DNA of 63,285 bases, filler included, from Welwitschia mirabilis (Eukaryota): the NCBI GenBank assembly GCA_051453625.1. It is 8 parts of one record of this genome, joined end to end, with 100 filler letters (N's around TTAATTAATTAA, not from the genome) between each part and the next. Parts side by side here need not be neighbours in the genome. Positions count along the whole stretch, not along the records: positions 50,507 to 53,750 come from JBOZIK010000001.1; positions 53,851 to 60,680 come from JBOZIK010000001.1; positions 60,781 to 63,285 come from JBOZIK010000001.1; 5 more parts are not named here. The stretch is one strand, 5' to 3'. Numbering within the stretch: the first letter of the stretch is position 1; every line of letters starts with the position of its first letter. A model generated the notes under the pieces. That model made no database searches, was not told the origin of the DNA, and saw only the letters and a list, made by a program, of their open reading frames with translations. Made by a program: the position numbers and the translations under genes. Shown here piece by piece: positions 53,665 through 63,285 of this stretch.

Positions 53665-55419
53665 TGTTGCGATGCCAACTTAAGTATATTTGATAAGGTA
53701 TTTTGAGTTGTTTTGCAGATAAACTAACAGATAAATGCTCAGTTTCTATGNNNNNNNNNNNNNNNNNNNNNNNNNNNNNNNNNNNNNNNNNNNNTTAATT
53801 AATTAANNNNNNNNNNNNNNNNNNNNNNNNNNNNNNNNNNNNNNNNNNNNCCCTCCTTAATTTTCACATGATTAGACTTACCTATCTATCACAGGAGGAA
53901 CTATTTCCCATAATTTTTTTTAATCTGTCTTTTCTAAAATTTTTAATTTATTTTCTATCACAGGTTCCAGAATTTGAAAATCCTTTAAGGAGCCTGTCGT
54001 CCCCATTATTGTCAGGATGATAGACCGGATGATAGCATACATATCATGCTTTACAAGTATTTTATTCAGTTTTAAATTTTTCAGAAGTTTTAATTTACTT
54101 TTATCAAATATTTTCCTTTACCTATCTTAGTTTTTATTGTTTGAAAAGTTGGCTTGCAAACACAATTTACCGCCTGGTTTTATTAGAGACTAACAAGGCT
54201 AAGTGGGGGGGCTATATTGCAATGCCAACTTAAGTATATTTGATAGGGTATTTTGAGTTATTTTATAGATAAAATAACAGATAAATGCTTAGTTTTTATG
54301 ACTATTGACAATCAAGGAGCATAAGACGAAAACATGCAGTTTATCATATAATTCATGAAGATTTCCTATAGATTTGGATAAATTGTATTTTCNNNNNNNN
54401 NNNNNNNNNNNNNNNNNNNNNNNNNNNNNNNNNNNNNNNNNNNNNNNNNNNNNNNNNNNNNNNNNNNNNNNNNNNNNNNNNNNNNNNNNNNNNNNNNNNN
54501 NNNNNNNNNNNNNNNNNNNNNNNNNNNNNNNNNNNNNNNNNNNNNNNNNNNNNNNNNNNNNNNNNNNNNNNNNNNNNNNNNNNNNNNNNNNNNNNNNNNN
54601 NATCTCCAAAAACAGTCGACATCAGTCTGCATGTAGATTATAGATAGATGAAGTGGAAGCAAACTAAGATATCTTATTATAATTCCCTGTTGTCCCTCCA
54701 TTGTCCGGATGACAACCTGGACGATACTCCCCTCTGATACTTTCATAGATTGTATTCCCAAGTTGTCGCTCATTTATTTGTAACTTTCCCTTTCTTCATA
54801 GTTATAGTTTATCTTATGCTTTTCTGTTAGTCTCTTTCCCCTTTTCTACCTATAAATAAAGGTCTCTCCCTCGATCCCTAATCANNNNNNNNNNNNNNNN
54901 NNNNNNNNNNNNNNNNNNNNNNNNNNNNNNNNNNNNNNNNNNNNNNNNNNNNNNNNNNNNNNNNNNNNNNNNNNNNNNNNNNNNNNNNNNNNNNNNNNNN
55001 NNNNNNNNNNNNNNNNNNNNNNNNNNNNNNNNNNNNNNNNNNNNNNNNNNNNNNNNNNNNNNNNNNNNNNNNNNNNNNNNNNNNNNNNNNNNNNNNNNNN
55101 NNNNNNNNNNNNNNNNNNNNNNNNNNNNNNNNNNNNNNNNNNNNNNNNNNNNNNNNNNNNNNNNNNNNNNNNNNNNNNNNNNNNNNNNNNNNNNNNNNNN
55201 NNNNNNNNNNNNNNNNNNNNNNNNNNNNNNNNNNNNNNNNNNNNNNNNNNNNNNNNNNNNNNNNNNNNNNNNNNNNNNNNNNNNNNNNNNNNNNNNNNNN
55301 NNNNNNNNNNNNNNNNCGGATCACTCCGTCTATACTAGCGTGTTGTATTTTGCATCTTAATTATAATTAACAGGATTGGAATTGAAACGTGAACTATTGC
55401 ATAAATACACACCGCAACA
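53665..55419 (+). mobile_element. Athila-like Gypsy insertion: 5' LTR start, linker, 3' UTR, PPT (54197-54211), 3' LTR (54215-55419)
   Basis: The two LTR starts are near-identical. PPT is GGCTAAGTGGGGGGG, termini are TGTTGCG...CGCAACA, and the flanks share GCTT. Confidence 0.85.
54851..54858 (+). promoter_or_regulatory. LTR TATA box
   Basis: TATAAATA occurs at an equivalent position in paralogous LTRs (for example about 14153, 35631 and 58077). Confidence 0.6.
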
Positions 55420-57422
55420 GCTTCTTCTACATATCATCTTTATAAGTTATTTATGATTAGATAAAAGTCCTTCATAAAAGAAACTTATAATTATTCCTCA
55501 CTCAAAATCATGTTGTGGACATTTAATAAATGTATCTTTAAATCTTTCTAAGGTGTAGGAGAAGGTTTAACTATCCTTTTATTGGAAATTCATGATTTCT
55601 CTTTTTATGACCAAAAAAGGTTTCTAATGGATGATTAATTACATTTATCTCAAGTAGTAATGAAAATAGGTTTTAATGTATAAAGATAATATTTTACCTT
55701 TTCTTTGAAGGAAAAATAAAATAAGATCAATCTAATTGCATTGGATGTACTAGGATTTTGAGAGATTATAGAAAGAACACACTCAAACTCCTTGAGATGT
55801 AAGTAAGGATTTTTAGACTATAAATCATGAAAATGTAGAAGAATTTGAATAAGTGCTAGTTTATAATTAATTCTCTTAAAACCTAGTGGTTGAATAATGT
55901 AAGAGGTTATACATAAACATTGTGATTAGAGATAATCTTTTAAGGCTATTTTAAGTTCATTAATATTGAAGTTACTTCCTACATTATTTTATCTTTCTTA
56001 AGATCTTTCCTATAACTAGTTTTAGAATTTCTCTCCAATTTAAAATTAATATAAATTTAATAAAATATTCTATTATTATTCTTTCCTGATTCATAAAACT
56101 TTAGGAAATAGTCAAGATGGGTTATATGCTAAGATGAACACAATATGTAAAAAGGTTTAAGATGAAATAAACATAAGTTTCAAAAAAGTTAAAGATAGTT
56201 TACTGGAAGAAGCTAGTAAAAAGAGAAAAGAAATATAGAAATGCTAGTGAGATGGCATAAAGATGTTTTATAAAAAATAATGTAGCTCTTAGAAAAAATA
56301 ATAGTTTGAGATAAAAGATCAATTTGATTTACTAATAGGAAAAAGGATGAATGTATATTTTGAAAAGGGCTAATCCAAAATGGAAATCGTGATGTAATGT
56401 AATATAATGAAAGGAATAAAAATTGTAGAAATAAATAATGCAAGTACTAAAGCACTTTTTTAAGTATTTTATTAATGAAATTCATATTCAGAAATTTTCT
56501 TTAAGTACCTATTACAGAAGTCACCTAAGAGAGAAGAGATGGTAAAGAGATAAAGTGGACTGAAGAAATAAATTTTTTTGTCATTTTTTCTTAAATTATT
56601 TTCTTGAAATCTATAAAACATATATACTTATAAATAACTTTGGCATACTATATAATCTCTACAAGAAAAGAAAGTAAAGAAAGTTAAATAAAAATAAAAG
56701 AAAAAAGAAAGAAAGAAAATACAAAAAAGAAAACAAGTCACTAGATCAGGTTCTGTTAATCAAGTGCTAGGCATGATTAACATTAATCCACTAGTAAAAA
56801 GAAGAAATAAGATAAAATAAACATAAAGGAACTAGTATTTAAAAAAAGGGAAAAAAACTAAAAACTTAAAATATATAGAAGTAAATTTCCTGCATTCCTT
56901 ATTATAGCTACCATGCCATTATCCCTAGCAATAATTTTGAAATGTTATTCATGGTAAAATCTAGCTATAATTGTATCTATTATTAATGTATTATAAATAA
57001 TAAAATCATCTTAGGAATATAAATCTTACATAATCATATTCAACTTTTACTGATAATACTAAGTATTTCATTTATAGTATAGTCTCCTTGTCATTTTTTC
57101 ATAGAGATAGATAACAAAAGATATCAGTAAAGAAAACATAATACTAATGAGCAATCAAGAGTAAAATTATATAACCAATCTAGAAATTGAATATAAAATT
57201 TAAGCTAGAATAATTATTTTATGGAAAATCATAAGTACTAAAGTAAATTCATGTAGATTGTACTTCTAACTCAAGCATAATGACATAATCTCATCCATCA
57301 TAGAATTGAATGCTCATGTAATCCAAACTTAAGCATAATGGCATAAACCGCATTTATCATATACATGAAGATAATATATCTAAGCAATTTAACCTTCATA
57401 ATAAGAATAAAATAAGCATATA

Positions 57423-60400
57423 TGTTGTACTACCAATTGCCAATTTATGGTTATTTAATGGATAAGACTTTTATATAGGTTTAGGTGCAATTTTGAGGAT
57501 TTTGGAGATACAAGAGGAAATCTTGGAAAAGTGTAGTTATTACTCAAATTTGATGCATTAAAGAAAATTTCTGATGAATAGATATTTTCATGATAAAACT
57601 ACTAAAGTTTCTCCTCAAGAAAAACATTAAAAAAAACCATCGTCTTTTCGTCATCTACACGACAGATAGGACGACAACTACTGATATGGATTGCTGNNNN
57701 NNNNNNNNNNNNNNNNNNNNNNNNNNNNNNNNNNNNNNNNNNNNNNNNNNNNNNNNNNNNNNNNNNNNNNNNNNNNNNNNNNNNNNNNNNNNNNNNACTA
57801 AAGTTTCTCCTCAAGAAAAACATTAAAAAAATCCATCGTCTTTTCGTCATATACACGACAGATAGGACGACAACTACTGATATGGATTGCTGAGTCATCA
57901 CTTTCAAAGATATTTTATAATGTTCTTTTATCCTTCATGTCATCTAGATGGCATTCTAGATGACACTGGCATGTAACTATCCTTGACCGATTCCTTTAAC
58001 CATTTAGTTTGTTTCTGAGTGCTTAACGAGTGCATGTAATTGCACCTTCTGTTTGTCCTTTTCTATTGTATTTTTCTATAAATAAGAATCCCCCTACCCT
58101 CCACTAACTCTTCTTCTCGTCTTTAATGCATCAAATATTCTTATGATAGGAGAGTGAAGGACGCGAAATCCATCTACATGAGTTATAGAGAGATGTGCAC
58201 TTGGTGGAGAGTTAAGTATCTTCCATTGAGACCCGGTTATTTTGTAACCCAAATGATTGTTACCATTTTAATATAAATCTTAATTTTATTTTCATGTTTG
58301 CATTGTAGATTTTCTTGTGACCCTTATAGTATAATGTTCCTATTAATCTAGTGATAATTTATTAAAAAGTAATATAGATTATCAAGGGTAGCCTTTGTTA
58401 AGGATGAAAAGCAAGTAGGGTTAGGATTTATTTGCATTGCATGTTAGTTTAGATTGCATATTACACCTTGCCTAGTACTTTATTTTATTGCATTATTATT
58501 TATTATTTCTTATTCCTAATTCATTTGCAAAGCAACTTGAGTATTATACTCATAGACTTTAATAAGATACGACATTTTGGATCACTTCCATTATACTAGT
58601 GTGATGTATTAAGCAAATATCTAGTTTGATTATTAGTGACATGATCTATTTGAATATAAAAGCTTATACAAATATACACTGCAATAAATTAGCACCATTT
58701 CTAAGGAAGGCTATCAAGGAGTATAAGGTTTGTTATTATTTAGATAAGTATACTGATTATTTATCTATGCTACATTCTATTTTATTAGGAGCTATAGGTT
58801 TTCTATGTGTTATTTTTTAGTTTCGATTTTTTTTCATGTGGTTGTTCCCTCTGTCATCCCCATGACAGTCAGGACAATAATTTTTTTTGTTTAGTTTTAT
58901 TTATTGAATTGTGATTTTTCTATAATAAAATTAGTCTTTATTGTCTCCTATGACATCTGGATAATAGGTGAATGACAGACTTGTGTTATGTATTTTCCAC
59001 TTTCTATTTTAGTTTTGGTTCTATTTTTGTTTTTATATTTTATATGGATATCATTTCCTCTATTTTTTGCATGATAGACAGGATGATAATCTATTATTTT
59101 TTATCTATTTTTTATTATTTTCTATTTGTAGGATGCTATGATATGGTCAATCTAGAGAAGAAATATCTAAGATAAAAATAGCTAATCGAAAAGAACATTA
59201 AAGAATGACTTATGAAAATAGAAAAAGAGTCAGAAGAAAAATTTCTAGGTGTACTTAATCCTTCTTCCAAATTTATTTTTTCTGAATCTGATTTCTTTAA
59301 TGAAAAAACTTGTAGAGGGAGAGAACCAAATCACAATGTTGAGTAACTCCCATAAGTAAAAATAAGTCATAGGATCTTATACCCCTAATGCCAACCTTAC
59401 CCTTAGAGAATTATTAACTAATAAGAAATAAGAAATTCAAACATCTTTTAACCTACCCCCAAGAGATGATGTAGAGCTCAAAAATTTACATGCCTCCCTA
59501 ATTTTTAGTGGAGAAGAAGATAAGGATCCCATTCAAAATATTAGAAATATTGAACAACTTATCTTCACCTCAAAAAGTAGGAAGAAAAAAATAACAGACA
59601 GAACATATATGGTGATCTTTCTCATAACTTTAAAAGGTAGGGCAAAACTTTGGCTAAAAAATATATTCCACAAAATCCTAAAAACATGGGATCAAGTCTA
59701 GGAAATCTTTGTGAAAAGATTCAGGAGTGAAGAAACTATAATAAAAAGAAAAAAAGAGGTAACAAACTTCCAACAAAAACCAAATAAAGATTATGCCTCT
59801 ACTTATGAACATTTCATTTTGTAGCAGTCCACTCTAATCCAATAGATGCATTTTTACCATAAAAAAAAAGAACATTTTTATAGTGAATTAACTCCCCATA
59901 CAAAACAACTTATAGATTTGTCTTGTGATGGAAACCTCATGAATCTTACAATAGATGATGCCTGGATAAAATTAGAAGAACTTATAGAGGTAAGTAAAAC
60001 TTGATTAATACTTAAATAAAATCAAACGATAGGCCAACTTATCAAGGAATTAAAATAGGTGAAGCAACAAATAAAGGAAGAAAACAACCTTATAAATTCT
60101 ATGAGGAAATTTACAATAACCTTGAAGAAGTATGTGGAAATAATCTTAGATGCTAAAACTGTAACTAAAAGAAATGCTATTCTAATTCATGGTTTATGTA
60201 AGGACTACTATCAAGTCACTAAAACTTGTTCTCTCTTACTAACTTAGAAAAAAAGAATTTGTGAAGAAGTTTGTGCTTTTAATAAATCATCTCAAAACTT
60301 TCAAAATCAAAATCAAGCATAACCTACATTAAACACATATTTTTAAAATAATCCTCAACCTTTTAGAAACCAACTTGAAAACACATATTATCAACCAAGT

Positions 60401-60680
60401 TCATCCAACTTTTAACATTTAAATGATTAACTTGCAAACTCTCTTGGATGAAATGAAAAGAACACAAGAAGCAAAAAATGCTAAAATAGATAACTTGGTA
60501 AATGTCTTTTAACAAACATTGCTAGCAAATCAAAGACCTCAAGGAGCTTTATCTACATAACCTTTACCCAATCCAAATGAACTAAGAAGAGATTATAAGA
60601 TTGTGACAATAACTGGATAAGAAACAAACCCTCCTCCATGGGAACCTTCTACCTCCCATAACAATGAAGAAGAAGAGAAA
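57423..60680 (+). mobile_element. Athila-like Gypsy 5' part: LTR 57423-58686, PBS about 58689-58707, 5' UTR, gag about 59140-60680
   Basis: LTR TGTTGTA...TGCAATA and degenerate PBS TTAGCACCATTTCTAAGGA. Gag motifs are FNLPPRDDVELKNLHA, ITLKGRAKLWL and NQRPQGAL..PLPNPN. Confidence 0.87.
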
Positions 60681-60780
60681 NNNNNNNNNNNNNNNNNNNN
60701 NNNNNNNNNNNNNNNNNNNNNNNNTTAATTAATTAANNNNNNNNNNNNNNNNNNNNNNNNNNNNNNNNNNNNNNNNNNNN

Positions 60781-63285
60781 TTAAAAGCGCCGGTTCAACC
60801 ATTTTTCCTCATTTTTTAATCATTTTCTCATCTTTTTCCTCTATTATTTTGAGAGACGATGACCCCTCTGGCTAGTACCATTATTTTGGAACTTGTTGCA
60901 CCTGATTTTGTTGCTACATTCGTGAGTTTTCATCAGATTTGCAAAAATGAGGTGTGTTTCTCTTTCCTCTTGATTTTTCAATTTTTTCTCCCATTTTTCA
61001 GCCTTTTGACATGTAGTTTTCATGTATGTTGTTCATTTTTTCATGCTCTATGTTTTGGAACTTATGGATCTGATTTTCACCGTGTATTTTTTGAGTTATG
61101 ATCATTTTTGTGTTTTACGAGGAAATTTCATGTTCTTAACTTTCACACTCATTTACTCATAAACTGTAAGTTAAATCATAGTGGTCCTTTAGGAAAAATC
61201 GATCAGTGCGATATGCTTTATGACTTTACTGGATTAGATTTTTCATTTGAGAACTTTAAATTTTTCCTTCTTGTAGGGCCCACTACATGTGCCGTGTTCC
61301 GATTTCCTTCATTTTCCTTTGTTTCTTTTCTCATGGCTAGGCAATTTGGGATGCATTGCAATTTTTAGAGGGAGGCAGGACATATTTTCAGATTTTTGAT
61401 ATTTTTTATCAATTATGGGGTCGTTTATTGCGTATCCATGAGATGTTTTTATCATGTTTATCTGGTTTCGCATAACGAGTTTTGTGTTTATGATTGAGTA
61501 GGCTATGTACATGTAGAACTAGATAAACACAGGCTTCATCTGAGTCAGTAGAGTAGGCAGTAGGTTCTTTAATTGAACCTGAGGTACAACGCGAGGAACC
61601 TATACATCCACCACCTCGACACGGACGATCTATGAGCATACAAACAGCTAGCATTCGTGTTGAGAGACACTTCGGTGATTTCATGAGCCGATTAGAGCCT
61701 GAGGTTGATCAGAGATTGACAGAGCTATAGCTCAGATGGATTACAGATGCGCAGGGTGCTTATTACTCTTCAGAGACGAGAGAATTTTACGACACCATGC
61801 ACATAGAGAGGATCCCAGATGCACGTGGTCAGCTGCAAGATCACATCGTCGCGTATATCTGAGACCACGAGATAGCCATTCTTCCATCTCACATTGCAGT
61901 TGTTATAGATCTTGGAGGTCTTGGCAGTTTACACATCCATTCAGCTGGTGGGACAGAGGATCGTCGAGCTTACGACGCCATTTTAGATATTTCAACTGAT
62001 ATGACTACAGATCGACGAGGTGTAAATGTTACTCAGCTGATACCTTCATACAGAGTTTTACACAAAGGACTGATTCACAACATCAGTCCATTATATCATA
62101 ACAGTCACGCCATGGTTGCACATTTACAGATACTGGCAGCTTTCTGTCGGGGGGGTAGATTGACTTATCTACTTTTATTTGGAGGAGACTTCGATCTATG
62201 ATTAAGACACGACATTTATAGACACTTGGTTACCCATGCCTTCTATCTGCTTTATTCAAATGATTCAGGATACCAGAGCCTGTAGGTGAGCATCGTTTGA
62301 TACATGTTCAGTCTTCTATTCATTATTTATAGGATATGGGCATACAGATACCAGGTGAGGCTGAGAGATCTCAGGTACAGAGACCTGTGGGTGGAGCATC
62401 ATTAGAGCAGATCCAGACCCTTCTAGCTGAGAGTACCAAGTCCATCAGAGGATTTATTGATCAGAGGGTACAGACTTTAGAGCAGTGGATCACCACCTTC
62501 GAGCAGAGAGTTGAGTAGCTATTTGCGTCTATAGAGAAGAGAGCATAACATACAGAGGACCAGATCGTGGACATGCGTTAGTGTATTATCTCCATGCAAT
62601 AAAATGTAACAGTAGATCGTCCAGAGTCAGTTCGTGTCCAGGGAGATGAGATGGATAGATCCATTGTAGCAGCTCTAGATGAGCATCTTCCTACTGATTT
62701 AGATCCTCCTCCTTCTTCTTCTTCTACTCTTAAGCTAGTTACAGATCTAGGATTTATCATGCGTAGACGAGGGAAGTGACTTTAGCTTATATTTTGTATC
62801 TCCCTCTCTACAGTTTTTGTATTGAATAAAAAAACTCTCGTTATTATAGATATATCATTTTGTTTTAGCATGGTGTATATTTCTGTCTGATTTTGATATC
62901 AGCATCTTTCGATATTTACCATGAGGATTGCATTTTCGAGCGCATTTTTATTTGACTGTTTATCACAGTGAGGGTCTATTTATTATGAATTTTTAGATGA
63001 TTAGTAATTATTGAAAAATCTTATTTCTATCAAAGATCCCACTTCCGAAGTGACTGTCATTCCCATTATTGTCCAGACGACACAGGCGGACGACCGACTT
63101 CTGTAGCTTCACAGGTATTTTTGTTCAATTCTTCATTTCAGTTCATCTTTGAAATATTCTTCAACTCTTATTTCAGATGTTTCCTTTACCTATCCTAGTT
63201 TTTATTGGTTGAAAAGTTGGCTTGCAAACACAGTTTACTGCCTGGTTTTGTCAGGGACTGATAAGGCTAAGTGGGGGGCTATGTT
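60781..63285 (+). mobile_element. 3' part of a younger Athila-like element: extra ORF, 3' UTR, PPT (63265-63279), first bases of the 3' LTR (63282-)
   Basis: GGCTAAGTGGGGGGC is followed by TGTT. Positions 63050-63285 closely match 53995-54218. Confidence 0.85.
61505..62779 (+). pseudogene. Env-like/extra ORF of about 425 codons: plant-transposon-protein-like domain plus coiled-coil-like region
   Basis: Reconstructed across in-frame stops and one frameshift at the G-run near 62150: YYSSETREFYDTM...LIPSYRVLHKGLIHNISPLYHNSH...IDLSTFIWRRL...LGYPCLLSALF...LEQIQTLLAE..DQRVQTLEQ, ending RRRGK* at 62779. Confidence 0.78.

Noticed and set aside
55420..57422. Coding remnant or DNA transposon (also 51177-52200)
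   Set aside because: Too degenerate; no TIR, TSD or protein motif could be supported.
3529..57907. Long ORF-track entries full of X (for example 14224-14961, 27385-28044, 38505-39260)
   Set aside because: They are open only because they run through N gaps.
61409..61999. ORFs 61409-61684 (-) and 61736-61999 (+) as separate genes
   Set aside because: They are alternative-frame or antisense readings of the extra ORF at 61505-62779.
1..63285. Prokaryotic defence or CRISPR systems, tRNA/rRNA genes, endogenous caulimovirus, species assignment
   Set aside because: There are no repeat-spacer arrays, RNA gene signatures or movement/coat protein motifs. All RT motifs are LTR-retrotransposon type, and the species cannot be determined without a database search.

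Overview
This is AT-rich, CpG-poor plant (angiosperm-like) heterochromatin made almost entirely of decayed, nested LTR retrotransposons. It comes from a draft assembly with many N gaps and seven artificial 44N-TTAATTAATTAA-44N contig linkers. I found no intact host gene, RNA gene, CRISPR array or prokaryotic system. The main structure is a four-level nest. A chromovirus-type Gypsy RT (37933-38300) hosts a minus-strand Athila-like Gypsy, element A (about 6380-37932). A's gag hosts a 21-kb Sirevirus-type Copia (12046-33229) with an env-like extra ORF. That Copia in turn hosts two more Athila-like copies (14009-16498 and 19831-29662). The window also has further Athila-like copies or fragments, a 1.7-kb gag-only Copia with intact LTR/PBS/PPT, the 3' end of a second Sirevirus, and three decayed extra ORFs. 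These three ORFs share an EFY...NxxP..H...(LP/LG)Y 'plant transposon protein'-like domain across both Gypsy and Copia carriers. The best novelty candidates are these extra ORFs, the possibly unnamed Athila-like family and the gag-only element. I see no convincing new non-transposon system. Coordinates were read by eye and lineage names rest on recalled motifs.
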